A stretch of DNA of 64,000 nucleotides, taken from NCBI GenBank assembly GCA_964524795.1, contig CAZGEH010000002.1, positions 502,837 to 566,836 of the forward strand, read 5' to 3'. Source of the stretch: an uncultured Acidobacteriota bacterium (GTDB lineage: Bacteria > Acidobacteriota > UBA6911 > RPQK01 > JAPXNP01). The position numbers and the translations under genes are program-made. Of the stretch, positions 1 through 10,325 are shown piece by piece. The notes beneath the pieces were generated by a model. It made no database searches. It had not been told where the DNA came from and saw only the letters and a list, made by a program, of their open reading frames with translations. Numbering within the stretch: position 1 is the stretch's first letter; each line of letters opens with the position of its first letter.

Positions 1-430
1 GTCCCTTTACCTCAACCGTGACTACTCGGCGGCCCGCAGCCTCGCGGAGGAGCTGTTGAAATCCGGTCCAGACTCGGGCAGACTCAACTTCCTGGCTGGT
101 GATTCGCTGCTGTACCAGCAGCAGGTCGAAGCTGCGATCCCCTACCTCCTGAAAGCCGTCAAACTGGCTCCGGATCTCCTGGGGGCACACTCGGCGCTGG
201 GACGGGCATACATGACTCTGGGCGAAGCCTCAAAAGCCATCCCCCACCTCAGACGGGCACTCCAGGCGGACGAGGACGGCAGTCTCCACTACCAGCTCGC
301 ACGAGCCTTCCAACGCACCGGCCAGATGGATGCCGCCCGTGAAACGATGGCGAAGTATCAGGAAATCCGCCAACGACTTGAGGCAGAGGAGCGCCGGGTT
401 GCTGCCGAAGTCGTTATCACACCTCCCTGA
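1..430 (+). CDS. TPR-repeat protein, C-terminal part (5' end outside window)
   Basis: Reading frame is open from base 2. TPR-like helical repeats (AHSALGRAYMTLGEASKAIPHLRRALQ..., YQLARAFQRTGQMDAARE). Stop at 428-430. Confidence 0.55.
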   Translation, partial: SLYLNRDYSAARSLAEELLKSGPDSGRLNFLAGDSLLYQQQVEAAIPYLLKAVKLAPDLLGAHSALGRAYMTLGEASKAIPHLRRALQADEDGSLHYQLARAFQRTGQMDAARETMAKYQEIRQRLEAEERRVAAEVVITPP

Positions 431-440
431 AACGGTCTCC

Positions 441-878
441 TCAGCGGCCACCCGGGCGCAGATTGGATCCCCGGAAGGGCGGCGGCCCTACCTTGAGTTG
501 CAGCGTCTTGCGGTCAGGCACCAGTCGCACCTCGGTTCCCGAGCCCTCAACCTGCAACCGCACCACGCACGGTCTGATCCTGACCCCCGACACTTCGGTC
601 ATCCAGGCGGCGTAGCCGGCGTGAGTAAAGGTGACGACCATGCCTTCCCTGGCCTCCGCCAGCAGGGGGACCAACTTCTCGGGCTGCGTGACGGTCGCCC
701 TCAGGGTCGTGAACATCTCGTCAGGTGCAGGCGTCTGCTCCAGACTGACCCCCAACTGGTCGGCCCAGCCAGGCAACCAGCCGTTTCCGCCCTGATCTCC
801 GGCCCCAAACAGCGCCGCCGTCATTGCCAAACCCAGTCCCAGCCACAATCGAAAGGTTGCATGCCGCATCGCCGCCAT
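441..878 (-). CDS. hypothetical secreted protein (145 aa)
   Basis: C-terminal portion of the long minus-strand ORF 441..1691. The ATG at 876-878 gives MAAMRHATFRLWLGLGLAMTAALFGAG, a signal-peptide-like N-terminus. Globular-looking remainder, no recognised domain. Confidence 0.35.
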   Translation of the reverse strand: MAAMRHATFRLWLGLGLAMTAALFGAGDQGGNGWLPGWADQLGVSLEQTPAPDEMFTTLRATVTQPEKLVPLLAEAREGMVVTFTHAGYAAWMTEVSGVRIRPCVVRLQVEGSGTEVRLVPDRKTLQLKVGPPPFRGSNLRPGGR

Positions 879-1004
879 TATCCCTCTTCCACCACCCCGG
901 CTGCGAAACCCGGTGGCGGCTCCCCCTTTCGACACGCCTGCAATTGCCCCGCCCGACTTGCCGGCTGAAACCTCTCCGCGTTCACAACACTCTCTAATGG
1001 CCTG

Positions 1005-1835
1005 ATGGCACAAAACTCGGGAATTCACCGCAACGGGAAGAGCGACCACCCGGCTGTCACCGCCTGCAGACCTCGACTGACGAGGCGGTGGGCGTTGTTG
1101 CTCCCCATTCTCAGCCTCAGTCCCGCCCTCTCGGCCCAACCGGATGCCCAGCCGGATATCGCGCCAGTCCCTCCCGCCGACGTCTGGAAAGGCGCCATCG
1201 GCGCTGGGCTCTCCCTGACCAGGGGCAACAGCGATACCGCCAACTACACAGTCTCCTTCGAGGCGGTTCGCGACCCGGGAACCCGCAACGTTTTCAGGCT
1301 TACGGGCCTCTACCTCCGTTCCGACCAGAAGGGGCTCAAGACGGCAGACCGCCTCCGCCTGGGATTTCGGGATGAAGTCACCCGTTCCGATCGCGCGTTC
1401 GTCTATTTCGACCTGGGCTATGTCCGAGACGCTTTCAAGGAGATCGATTACCTGGTCAATCCCCAGGCGGGCGTCGGATGGAAGGTGGTGAAGACCGACC
1501 GGCTGACATTGGGATTCGACGCGGGTGCGGGAGTTGTCTGGGAGAGCAACACCTTCGTGCCCGAAACGCGGCGCAGCGGGTCCGTCAACGCGGGCCAACA
1601 GTTGGAGCTGCGCCTGAGCGAAGGGTCCCGAATCGTGCAGCAGGTCGCCAGCCTGTGGAAAATGGAAACCTTCGAAGACGCCCTCTACCACTTCTCGGTG
1701 GCGCTCGCCAGCCGACTGACTCAGCGGATCGAGCTCAAAGTGGAGTTCGTCGACGACTACAGGACCGTCACCCCGACCCCCGAGGTCCGGAAAAACGACT
1801 CAGCCTTCCTTACCAGCATCGTGTTCAACTTCTGA
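1005..1835 (+). CDS. DUF481-family outer-membrane beta-barrel protein (YdiY-like)
   Basis: Signal peptide RRWALLLPILSLSPALSAQ. Alternating beta-strand pattern, C-terminal aromatic residue (ends ...SIVFNF), DUF481-like motifs. The start may instead be the TTG near 1092, which has an upstream GAGG. Confidence 0.65.
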   Translation: MAQNSGIHRNGKSDHPAVTACRPRLTRRWALLLPILSLSPALSAQPDAQPDIAPVPPADVWKGAIGAGLSLTRGNSDTANYTVSFEAVRDPGTRNVFRLTGLYLRSDQKGLKTADRLRLGFRDEVTRSDRAFVYFDLGYVRDAFKEIDYLVNPQAGVGWKVVKTDRLTLGFDAGAGVVWESNTFVPETRRSGSVNAGQQLELRLSEGSRIVQQVASLWKMETFEDALYHFSVALASRLTQRIELKVEFVDDYRTVTPTPEVRKNDSAFLTSIVFNF

Positions 1836-3096
1836 GTCCCGTCTCTGCCGGCGCGACGGCTGCCAGGATCTCGCCTGCAAGGTAGAAAGAGCCCGCCACC
1901 ACCACCGCCGCCGCATCCTGGCGGGCGTGTTCCAGAGCCGCCAGGGAATCCTCGCGGACCTCGGCCCGGGGACACCAGCGCTGCCGGATCAGACCCGGAT
2001 CGGCAGCGCGGGGTGAACGAACGCGGGTCAGCACCACCCTGTCGAAAAGCGGGGCCAGAAGTCCCAGCACGCCACCAATATCCTTGTCGGCCATGATCCC
2101 AAACAACAGGTGGCGAGGGCGTCCCACCCAGGCCGAGACGAAGTCGGCCAGACGGGAAGCCGCATCCGGGTTGTGGGCCCCGTCGACGTAAATTCTGGGA
2201 GCACCTTCCAGGACCTGGAGCACTCCTGGCACCTGGACACTTCCCATACCCGTTGCCGCCGCCTCTGGATCCACGCGCAGCCCGATTCTCTCCAGCTCCC
2301 TCACGGCCCTTGCCGCCAAGACCGCGTTGTTCAGCTGGAAACGTCCGGGCGTCGCCAGACGATAAGCAATCCCGTCCAGGCAGAACCTGCACCGGCCGTC
2401 TTCTTCGTGGATCTCGCGGGCTTCCCCCCCGGTCACGAAGTGCAGGACCGTGCCCAGTTCCCCTGCCACCGTCTCCAACACGGCTGCAGCTTCAGGCACC
2501 TGCGGCGCAGACCAGGCCGGGACCCCTCGCCGCAGGATGCCGGCTTTCTCCCGTGCGATCAGGGGAATGGTGGCCCCCAGATACTGTTGGTGGTCCAGGC
2601 CGATCGGCGTCAATACCGAGACCACCGGCTCCACGACGTTGGTGCTGTCCAGCCGTCCCCCCATTCCAACCTCCAGCACCGCCAGGTCGACCTGCGCCCG
2701 GGCAAAATGCACCAACGCCGTGGCGGTCAGCATCTCAAAGAAGGTCGGGTGGGCGGGCAGGGCTCCAGCGGCCACCCTCTCAGCCACTGCGCTGAAAGAG
2801 TCTGCGAAGTCTTCCGGAACGATTTCTGCACCGTTGACGCGAATCCGCTCCGTCACCCTCACCAAGTGGGGGGAGGTGAACAACCCCGTGCGGAGGCCTC
2901 CCGCCGTGGCGGCTGCCGCCACAAAACGGGCCGTCGAACCCTTGCCGTTGGTGCCGGCCACCACCACGGCCGGGAAGGCGAGGTGAACTCCGCCCAGCTC
3001 CTGACACAGCTTTCGGATTGTCTCCAGACCGAACTTCATGGTCAGCACCTCGTTACCGAGGCGCTGCAGATACGACAGACATTCGGTGTAGATCAT
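1825..3096 (-). CDS. folC: bifunctional folylpolyglutamate synthase / dihydrofolate synthase
   Basis: AGTNGKGS P-loop and Mur-ligase-family motifs (HLVRVTERI, DGAHNPDAA). Located downstream of accD, the classic accD-folC arrangement. Confidence 0.9.
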   Translation of the reverse strand: MIYTECLSYLQRLGNEVLTMKFGLETIRKLCQELGGVHLAFPAVVVAGTNGKGSTARFVAAAATAGGLRTGLFTSPHLVRVTERIRVNGAEIVPEDFADSFSAVAERVAAGALPAHPTFFEMLTATALVHFARAQVDLAVLEVGMGGRLDSTNVVEPVVSVLTPIGLDHQQYLGATIPLIAREKAGILRRGVPAWSAPQVPEAAAVLETVAGELGTVLHFVTGGEAREIHEEDGRCRFCLDGIAYRLATPGRFQLNNAVLAARAVRELERIGLRVDPEAAATGMGSVQVPGVLQVLEGAPRIYVDGAHNPDAASRLADFVSAWVGRPRHLLFGIMADKDIGGVLGLLAPLFDRVVLTRVRSPRAADPGLIRQRWCPRAEVREDSLAALEHARQDAAAVVVAGSFYLAGEILAAVAPAETGLRS

Positions 3097-3140
3097 TGCG
3101 GAACCGCGGGGGGTCAGCCGAAACGGACACCGGCGAGGGC

Positions 3141-3992
3141 TTACGCCACCCGCATGAAACGGAACCAGTCCCCGATGAAGGAGCGCTGGTCCTTTCGATG
3201 AACTACCGCATCCAGCATGCCCTTTTCCAGCAGGAACTCGCTGCGCTGAAAGCCTTCCGGAAGCTTCTGGCGGATGGTCTGTTCAATCACACGGGGGCCG
3301 GCGAAACCGATCAGTGCCTTCGGTTCCGCGATGTTCAAGTCTCCCAGCATGGCGAAGCTGGCCGTGACTCCTCCCGTGGTCGGATCGGTCATCAGCGAGA
3401 TATACGGCAACCCATGCTCATGCAGACGAGCCAGAGCAGCGCTGATCTTGGCCATCTGCATCAGTGACAGAAAGCTCTCCATCATCCGCGCGCCCCCGCT
3501 GGCGGAAACGATGATCAACGGCTTGGATTCGGCAGTCGCCTTCTCGATCGCCCGGGTGATCTTCTCGCCCACCACCGAGCCCATTGAACCCCCGATGAAG
3601 CCGTACTCCATCGACGCACAGATGGTGGGGACACCTTGCAGCAGGCCCTCCGCATTGACCACCGCTTCGTTGCAGCCAGTCGACCGGACAGCCGCCTGGA
3701 GCCGTTCCCGATAAGGTTTCTTGTCCACGAAACCCAAAGGATCAGTGGACTGGAGTTCCCCCTCGAACTCCCGGTACTCCCCGCCGTCAAAGAGGATCTG
3801 CAACCGCTTGCGGGCATTGATCCGAAAATGAAACGCGCACTTAGGGCACACCCACAGCGACTGTTCCAGGTCCTTCTTCCAGATGATCGCCTTGCAGCCC
3901 TCGCATTTCGTGAACAGACCTTCGGTTCGAACGGTGCGCTCGTCTTCGGCTGCCGGCTGCAGCGGCTTCTTCTCCCGGCTGAACCAGGTCAC
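3141..3992 (-). CDS. accD: acetyl-CoA carboxylase carboxyltransferase subunit beta
   Basis: N-terminal zinc ribbon CEGC...CPKC, then carboxyltransferase core FIGGSMGSVVGEKI, SASGGARMMES, LMQMAKISAAL, FAGPRVIEQT. Confidence 0.9.
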   Translation of the reverse strand: MTWFSREKKPLQPAAEDERTVRTEGLFTKCEGCKAIIWKKDLEQSLWVCPKCAFHFRINARKRLQILFDGGEYREFEGELQSTDPLGFVDKKPYRERLQAAVRSTGCNEAVVNAEGLLQGVPTICASMEYGFIGGSMGSVVGEKITRAIEKATAESKPLIIVSASGGARMMESFLSLMQMAKISAALARLHEHGLPYISLMTDPTTGGVTASFAMLGDLNIAEPKALIGFAGPRVIEQTIRQKLPEGFQRSEFLLEKGMLDAVVHRKDQRSFIGDWFRFMRVA

Positions 3993-4066
3993 AGGGCGTC
4001 ACTATAGTGGAATCCGGGGCCCCCGGGCAAACCAACCCCTCGCCGCCGGCCGCGGACGACTCCCCG

Positions 4067-5053
4067 TCAGGGGACCGGCTGGCACCAGATCGTCTCGAAG
4101 CAGATGTCGGGCTTGACGTTGCGGTCCACATCCCGCCTTGCCTCGGCAGTGGCCTCCAGCAGCGCCTGCAGCCTTTCCCCAGCGAGCCGGCCTTGAAGCC
4201 GTTTCAGCTCGCTCGAGCGGTCCACATTCATCACCCGCTCCGGTATACCCACCTCCAGGTGGTAGAGGTCGCAAAGCAGATCCTGCAAGGTCACGAGCAA
4301 CCTCTGGACCGTCGTCCGGTCCCGTACCTTCAGACCCAGCCTGTCGCAGGCGGCAAGCATGGCGGCGAACGTCCCTCGCGGCGCCCAGGCGCCCAGCAGC
4401 TTCAGGAGCAGATCCCGCTCCCGGATGTAAGCTCCAAGATCCAGCCCCATCGCGCCTCCCACGCTGCCGCGGGCCAAGGCAGCCCTCAACTCCGGCTGGT
4501 CGACCTCCGGCAGTCCGCCCAGAAACCGTTCCAGTTCCGCCCGGGGAACCGGCTGGAAATCGAACTGCAGGCAACGCGACCGGATGGTCGGCAACAACTG
4601 GTCGGGAAATGCAGTGATCAGAATCAGGTGGGTGGTCTCGGCCGGTTCTTCAAGAGTTTTCAGGATGCAGTTGGCGGCTTCGGTTGTCATGGCGTCGGCG
4701 GGATCGATCAGAAAGCACTTCCGGCGCCCCTCAAACGGCCGATACTGGGCATCTTCCCGCAATTCCCGCATTTGTTCGATGCGGATCTTTCCTCCCACCG
4801 CATCCGGAGACCAGATCCGGATGTCGGGATGGGTTCCCTGAAAGGCTTTCAGGCAGGACGGACACTCGCCGCAAGGGTCTCGGTCCACTGCCTGCCGGCA
4901 ATTCGCGGCGGCGGCGAGGATCATCGCCGCGGTCCGCTTGCCGACGCCTTCCGGTCCCGCGAACAGTGCCGCCGCGGGCAATCGCCCGCGGCCCAGCGCC
5001 GTGAGCAGAGCACGGTTGCCGATCAGATCCCGCAGACGACGAGGGTCGTTCAT
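4067..5053 (-). CDS. holB: DNA polymerase III subunit delta'
   Basis: AAA+ clamp-loader motifs (GPEGVGKRTAA, CGECPSC zinc module, SRC motif TIRSRC). Start ATG overlaps the tmk stop, the typical tmk-holB pair. Confidence 0.8.
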   Translation of the reverse strand: MNDPRRLRDLIGNRALLTALGRGRLPAAALFAGPEGVGKRTAAMILAAAANCRQAVDRDPCGECPSCLKAFQGTHPDIRIWSPDAVGGKIRIEQMRELREDAQYRPFEGRRKCFLIDPADAMTTEAANCILKTLEEPAETTHLILITAFPDQLLPTIRSRCLQFDFQPVPRAELERFLGGLPEVDQPELRAALARGSVGGAMGLDLGAYIRERDLLLKLLGAWAPRGTFAAMLAACDRLGLKVRDRTTVQRLLVTLQDLLCDLYHLEVGIPERVMNVDRSSELKRLQGRLAGERLQALLEATAEARRDVDRNVKPDICFETIWCQPVP

Positions 5054-5691
5054 AGCCCAAACCGCCCGGCGATCGCCCCCCACACCCGGGAGGAGACTTC
5101 AAGCGGTGCTCCCACCGCGTCGATCACGACAATCCCTGACGGATCCTCACCGGCGAGCCGCAGGTAACCCTCCCGGACGCGCTGATGAAACTCCAGCGAT
5201 TCCGCCTCGAAACGACCCAGCGGAGTCTGCTCCTGGTGGTTGCGCGCCCGAGCCCGTTCCAGGCCCAGTTCCACCGGCACATCCAGAATCACCACCAGAT
5301 CCGGCCGCCGGATACCCAAGGGGATCGCCAGACGCTGGATCCAGGCCACCCCCAGGCCGCGGGCATGACCCTGGTAAGCCAGCGTTGCGTGATGGTAACG
5401 GTCACTCAACACCCAGCTTCCCCTGGCCAGAGCCGGCTCAACAACCTCGTGCAGATGCTGGACGCGGTCCGCCAAGTAGAGCAGCAGCTCGGCGGCGGCG
5501 TCTCGGGGGGGGCCATCCTCCGCTAGCAGAATTCGCCGGAGTTCTTCGCCGAAGCGGGTGCCCCCGGGCTCGCGGGTCGCCACGACCTCAATGTTGCGGG
5601 ACCGCAGGGCGGCCACAGCCAGTCCCATCTGGAGGCTCTTGCCTGATCCCTCCACTCCTTCAAAGGTGATGAAACGGCCAGCGTCTGCCAT
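5050..5691 (-). CDS. tmk: thymidylate kinase
   Basis: FITFEGVEGSGKS P-loop, DRY motif (LSDRYHHATLAYQG), lid region. Start taken at MADAGRFITFEG. Confidence 0.85.
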   Translation of the reverse strand: MADAGRFITFEGVEGSGKSLQMGLAVAALRSRNIEVVATREPGGTRFGEELRRILLAEDGPPRDAAAELLLYLADRVQHLHEVVEPALARGSWVLSDRYHHATLAYQGHARGLGVAWIQRLAIPLGIRRPDLVVILDVPVELGLERARARNHQEQTPLGRFEAESLEFHQRVREGYLRLAGEDPSGIVVIDAVGAPLEVSSRVWGAIAGRFGL

Positions 5692-5850
5692 CGCGCGGGT
5701 CATCCTAACAGATCATTGTCGGCCTACAAGACGCCGCGGTCTCCCGGCGGTCCGGCGGAAGCCGCTACCGGACGGGGAGGGGCCTGCCTCCCACCGCCCC
5801 GTTGCCTGACGGTCCGGCGGAAACCCGACGCCGGTCAAGTTCAGCAACTC

Positions 5851-6282
5851 ATGCGTTCTATTCATCGTATGCATGGCCATCTTGAGACCTTCGGGCAGGT
5901 CGGTCCCATCCAGAGCTGGCTGGCCCGCCGTTCCCGTACTTCGTTGGGGAGATGGGGAGAGTGGGTCGCGCTGAAATGGCTGCTCTACCAGGGATGGGAC
6001 GTCGTAGCCCGGAACTGGAATTCCCGCCGGGGGGAGCTTGACCTGATCGCCTGGGACCAGGAACAGCTTGTCTTTGTCGAGGTCAAGACCCGCCTGGCCG
6101 GAGGCCTGTCGCGGCCTGAAAACGCTGTGGACGACGAGAAGCGGGACCAGCTCGAGGCCCTGGCGATCTCCTTTCTGAGCCGTTTCGAGGCGGGTGAAGT
6201 TCCCATCCGCTTCGACCTGATCGCCATCGAAACGGTGGACAGACGACGGTTCAAGTTGCGCCACTATCTGGGATTCATGTGA
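5851..6282 (+). CDS. YraN-family (UPF0102) endonuclease
   Basis: YraN signature GEWVALKWLLYQGWDVVARNWNSRRGELDLIA...VFVEVKTR...FDLIAIE. The exact start is uncertain (ATG at 5851 chosen, no clear RBS). Confidence 0.6.
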   Translation: MRSIHRMHGHLETFGQVGPIQSWLARRSRTSLGRWGEWVALKWLLYQGWDVVARNWNSRRGELDLIAWDQEQLVFVEVKTRLAGGLSRPENAVDDEKRDQLEALAISFLSRFEAGEVPIRFDLIAIETVDRRRFKLRHYLGFM

Positions 6283-6314
6283 GAAGCCGTCGCTGGAACA
6301 TGCAGGAACCGCCG

Positions 6315-7655
6315 TCAGCGACGAAACTCCTCGGCGATGGCGGCCCGGATGATCGCCATTCCGGCCAGCAGATCCTCTTCCGGAATGTTCAGTGCCGTCC
6401 GGAAACGGATCGACCGCTCGCCGCACCCCAACATCACCAGACGTCGCTGGAACAGCGCCTTCAGCAGGCGGTCCCGGGCCTCGCGGTCCGGCAGGTCCAT
6501 GGCACAAAGGAGCCCCAGCCCCCTGACATTGCTGACGATATCCGGGAACTCCGCCTGCAGGGCCTGCAGTTCGGTCATCAGCAGCCGTCCGGCCCGCGCG
6601 CAGTGCTCCAGGACCCGCTCTTCCCGGTAAATCTCCAGATACATGCGGCAGCGCACCATGTCCACCAGGTTGCCGCCCCAGGTCGAGTTGATCCGGCTTG
6701 GCACGTGAAAAACGTTGTCGGGGACCTGGTCAATCCGGGGCCCGGCCATGACCCCGCACACCTGAGACTTCTTGCCGAAAGCGATCAGGTCCGGCTCGAC
6801 GAAGTGCTGGCAGGCCCACATCCTGGCCGTGACACCCATCCCCGTCTGCACCTCGTCATGCACCAGGAGGATGTCGTAAGCGTCGCAGATCCTCCGCAGT
6901 TCGCGGTGGAACTCGGGCCGGAAGTGGTTGTCGCCGCCTTCACACTGGATCGGTTCAAGAATCAGGCAGGCGATGTCATCCGGGTCACGTTCCAGTACCG
7001 CCAGGATCTGGCGGATCGCCTCCTCCTCGTCCCGAATCACCCGTTCCAGAGCCGCCCCCTCCAGGGGGAACGTGCACTTGGGGTTGAGGATCCGCGGCCA
7101 GTTGAACTTGGGGAAATACATGGTCTTTCGGGGGTCCGCCGTGTTGGTCAACGACAGCGTGTACCCCGATCGGCCGTGAAAGGCCTGGCGGAAGTGGATG
7201 ACCTGGGTGCCTTTCCCTTCATCGAGCCCCCGTGCCAGGTTCCGTCGGACCTTCCAGTCGAACGCGATCTTCAGGGCGTTCTCCACCGCCAGCGCGCCAC
7301 CCTCAATGAAGAACAGATACTTCATGAAGTCGGGCATCGCCAGGCGGCCGAAGGTGCCCACGAAACGGGCCATCTCCACCGAATACAGGTCGGAGTTGGA
7401 CGGCTTCTGAACCGCCGCCCGACCCAATTCCAGGACGGCCTCGCGGCAAGCCATGCGCGGATGGTTGTAACCCAGAGGAATCGTGGCGAAACAACTGAAG
7501 AAATCCAGATACGGTTCACCGTCCTGGGCGTTGACGATCCATGACCCGCGACTGCGCTCCAGATCGATCACCAGATCCAGCCCGTCGGCCAACATGTAGC
7601 GGCCGATCATCTCGCGCACCCCGCTCGGCTCCAGGATCAACTCCGCCTTTTCCAT
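6315..7655 (-). CDS. lat: L-lysine 6-transaminase (class-III PLP aminotransferase)
   Basis: 446 aa with a LAT-like N-terminus (MLADGLDLVIDLERSRGSWIVNAQDGEPYLDFFSCFATIPLGYNHP) and a class-III aminotransferase core (LILEPIQCEGG, VHDEVQTGMG, FAFGKK lysine region). Confidence 0.75.
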   Translation of the reverse strand: MEKAELILEPSGVREMIGRYMLADGLDLVIDLERSRGSWIVNAQDGEPYLDFFSCFATIPLGYNHPRMACREAVLELGRAAVQKPSNSDLYSVEMARFVGTFGRLAMPDFMKYLFFIEGGALAVENALKIAFDWKVRRNLARGLDEGKGTQVIHFRQAFHGRSGYTLSLTNTADPRKTMYFPKFNWPRILNPKCTFPLEGAALERVIRDEEEAIRQILAVLERDPDDIACLILEPIQCEGGDNHFRPEFHRELRRICDAYDILLVHDEVQTGMGVTARMWACQHFVEPDLIAFGKKSQVCGVMAGPRIDQVPDNVFHVPSRINSTWGGNLVDMVRCRMYLEIYREERVLEHCARAGRLLMTELQALQAEFPDIVSNVRGLGLLCAMDLPDREARDRLLKALFQRRLVMLGCGERSIRFRTALNIPEEDLLAGMAIIRAAIAEEFRR

Positions 7656-9040
7656 CTCGTGCCTTCCCTGGTGTCTTCCAGCAAAATGCCCAGCGCCGCC
7701 AAGTGGTCCCGAATCTGGTCGGCCCGGCGGAAGTCCCGTTCTTTCCGGGCTGACTCCCGCTCATGGATCAACCGCAGAATCTCCTCGTCCGGGATAGACT
7801 CTTCCTCAACCTGGAAGACGTCGAACACCTGATTGAACTTCCTGAACGTCTCCAGCACAGCGGCCCGAGTGTCAGCACCCACCTGGCGGCTTTCCAGCGC
7901 AGGATTCAGGTCCCGGATCAGCTCGAAGATCGCGGCTAATGCTGCCGAGGTATTCAGGTCGTCGTCGAGAGCGGCCTCGAAGTTGCGCAGGGAGGTCTCC
8001 ACCCGGCCGGTCAACTGCGGGGTGGGGGGAGCAACAGGCGACACCTCCCGGACCCTCACCAGAAAATCGTTAACGCGACGGATGGCCGCCTCTGCCTGCT
8101 CGACGCCCTCGAAAGTGAAATTCAGGGGCTTCCGATAATGAACGGAGGCCAGCAGATACCGCAGCGCCGCCGGCCTGCACCCTCGCGCCAGCAGGTCCCG
8201 CAAGGTGTAGAAATTGCCCAATGACTTGGACATCTTCTGGCCTTCCACAATCAGGTGCGCTCCGTGGATCCAAAATCTGACAAATGGATGGCCGGTAGCT
8301 CCTTCGCTCTGGGCGATTTCGTTCTCGTGGTGAGGGAAGATGAGATCCACTCCCCCGCAATGGAGGTCAAAGGACTCGCCGAGGTATTTCATGCTCATTG
8401 CCGAGCATTCGAGATGCCAGCCCGGCCGGCCCGGGCCATAGGGCGAAGGCCAGGACTGCTCGCCCTCCCGTGCCGCCTTCCACAGTACAAAGTCGCGCGG
8501 GTTCTCCTTGGAGTACTCGTCGTCGTCCACCCGCCCGCTGCGGCCGGTTTCGGCAGACGCCGCATCCAGTTGCGACAGCTTGCCGTAGCCCGGGAACCCA
8601 TCGATCCGGAAATAGACCGATCCGTCGCTGACGTAGGTCAGTCCCCTGGCCTCCAGCCGGGAAACCAGTTCGAGCATTTCCGCGATGTGCTCGGTGGCTC
8701 GGGGCATCACCTCCGGTTTCTGGATCCGGAGGCTGCGCATGTCCTCAAGAAACGCTTCCTCGTACTGGCGGGTGTAGTCGAAGATCGACATCCCGGCTTT
8801 GCGGGCGCCGGCAATGATCTTGTCCTCCACGTCGGTGATGTTCATGACGTGGATCAGGCGATAACCGCGATAAAGCAGCCAGCGCCGCAGGATGTCCTGA
8901 AAGATGAACGTCCGGAAATTCCCGATGTGTACGTAGTGGTACACCGTGGGCCCGCAGGTATACATCCGGACCTCTCCCTCCCGGGAAGGTTGGAACGGCT
9001 CCAGACTGCGGGTGAGGGTGTTGTAGAGGTGCAAGGACAT
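7637..9040 (-). CDS. cysS: cysteine--tRNA ligase
   Basis: HIGH motif (HIGNFRT), KMSKS motif, class-I Rossmann fold, 467 aa. Confidence 0.9.
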   Translation of the reverse strand: MSLHLYNTLTRSLEPFQPSREGEVRMYTCGPTVYHYVHIGNFRTFIFQDILRRWLLYRGYRLIHVMNITDVEDKIIAGARKAGMSIFDYTRQYEEAFLEDMRSLRIQKPEVMPRATEHIAEMLELVSRLEARGLTYVSDGSVYFRIDGFPGYGKLSQLDAASAETGRSGRVDDDEYSKENPRDFVLWKAAREGEQSWPSPYGPGRPGWHLECSAMSMKYLGESFDLHCGGVDLIFPHHENEIAQSEGATGHPFVRFWIHGAHLIVEGQKMSKSLGNFYTLRDLLARGCRPAALRYLLASVHYRKPLNFTFEGVEQAEAAIRRVNDFLVRVREVSPVAPPTPQLTGRVETSLRNFEAALDDDLNTSAALAAIFELIRDLNPALESRQVGADTRAAVLETFRKFNQVFDVFQVEEESIPDEEILRLIHERESARKERDFRRADQIRDHLAALGILLEDTREGTRWKRRS

Positions 9041-9179
9041 CCGGCGCTCCGAAAGGCCGATCTTACCGGAAAGCGCTTTGGGCTCACAACCGAGCCCGGG
9101 CCGCAGCGCCGCAGGCCTGCAGGCAGGGTGGGGCAGCCCGACGCGGCCGCTGAGCCCGGCAGGGACGGCGTCAGCCTGT

Positions 9180-9821
9180 TTACTTCCGCGAGGTCGCCGG
9201 AGGAGCCGGTCCCCTCACGGATGCTTCCGGCAGCCCTGCCAGCAGCAAGGAATACTGCTCTTCCAGTTCCCGGCTGGCGGCTGCGGGGCCTGCGGAACGG
9301 AAGATGGCAATGAGTTCCCGGTAATACCACAAAGTTCCCTCCCGGCCACCCCGGAAGCGGTCCCAGACGGGCTCCCCCATCAGGCGGTGATCCCGGAGGA
9401 TGCATTGGAGGTTGTGCAGCTTGTCCGCCGCCACAACCAGTCGGACCTGGGGATCAGCCCCCGGCAACTCCGCGAGAAACCGCTCCTTGCGCTCGCGCCA
9501 GGGAGGCTTGGGGGTGGTGAAGGCATCGGAGCAGCCTCTAACCATCTCGGCCACCCGAGAGCCAAAACGGCGGCGGATTTCTTCCAGAGTCTCCAGTCCC
9601 CCCTGGTCCTCGACCGCGTCGTGCAAGAGGGCTGTAATCACCGCGGACTCGTCGCCACCCCAGTCCATAACCTGCGCCGCCACCGCCAGCAAGTGGGACA
9701 GGTAGGGAACCGAAGAACCCTTTCGGGTCTGCGACCGGTGGAGCCGGGCGGCAAAATCGAACGCCTGTGTCAAAGTGGGTGACCACATGGTCTGAACCTG
9801 CCTGGTCGGAAGCACCGACAC
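9180..9821 (-). CDS. HD-domain (p)ppGpp-hydrolase-like protein
   Basis: HD motif region YLSHLLAVAAQVMDWGGDESAVITALLHDAVED, SpoT/RelA-hydrolase-like, about 210 aa. Confidence 0.65.
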   Translation of the reverse strand: MSVLPTRQVQTMWSPTLTQAFDFAARLHRSQTRKGSSVPYLSHLLAVAAQVMDWGGDESAVITALLHDAVEDQGGLETLEEIRRRFGSRVAEMVRGCSDAFTTPKPPWRERKERFLAELPGADPQVRLVVAADKLHNLQCILRDHRLMGEPVWDRFRGGREGTLWYYRELIAIFRSAGPAAASRELEEQYSLLLAGLPEASVRGPAPPATSRK

Positions 9822-9870
9822 CTACACTTTACCCTGTTGGATCAAACGATTACTCTCATGCAGTCGCAAG

Positions 9871-10272
9871 ATGACCAACCAGCCCGGTCCGCCCCCCCTG
9901 ATGCAACGCCGACTGATATGGCTGTCCCTGACCTCAAGTCCCCTGCTCTTTCTGGTGGCGGTCTGGGGGCTGGTCGGTACCCCTTTGGAAGGGGGTGCGG
10001 CAGTGTCCGCTCCGGCCGTCCTTGTGCCGGCGCTGCTGGCAGTGTCGGCGTTCATCGCGGCAACGCGCTGGCTTGACGGCTGGATGGGTCCGGCGGACCC
10101 GGACGGCGCCGAGCGACGCCGGCTGACCCTGCTGATCATCCGCCTGGCGATGTTTGAAGCGATTGCGGTCTTGGGCCTGGTGGCAGCCGTCCTCAGTCAG
10201 GACCTGACTGTATACCTGCCGTTCATGGTCCTGTCACTGGTCGGCATGGTGCTTTACCGGCCGCAGGGTTGA
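9871..10272 (+). CDS. hypothetical small membrane protein
   Basis: Three predicted hydrophobic helices. No recognisable domain. Start uncertain. Confidence 0.4.
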   Translation: MTNQPGPPPLMQRRLIWLSLTSSPLLFLVAVWGLVGTPLEGGAAVSAPAVLVPALLAVSAFIAATRWLDGWMGPADPDGAERRRLTLLIIRLAMFEAIAVLGLVAAVLSQDLTVYLPFMVLSLVGMVLYRPQG

Positions 10273-10325
10273 CCGTCGGGGTGGACGGCGGCAGGGCGCC
10301 GGACCCCGGGGAAGGAGATGACGAA

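Noticed and set aside
441-1691. 416-aa minus-strand ORF overlapping the DUF481 gene
   Set aside because: Arg/Gly/Pro-rich low-complexity translation typical of antisense frames in high-GC DNA. Only its last 145 codons (441-878) look protein-like.
6279-7544. 421-aa plus-strand ORF antisense to lat
   Set aside because: Antisense to a conserved aminotransferase. Low-complexity.
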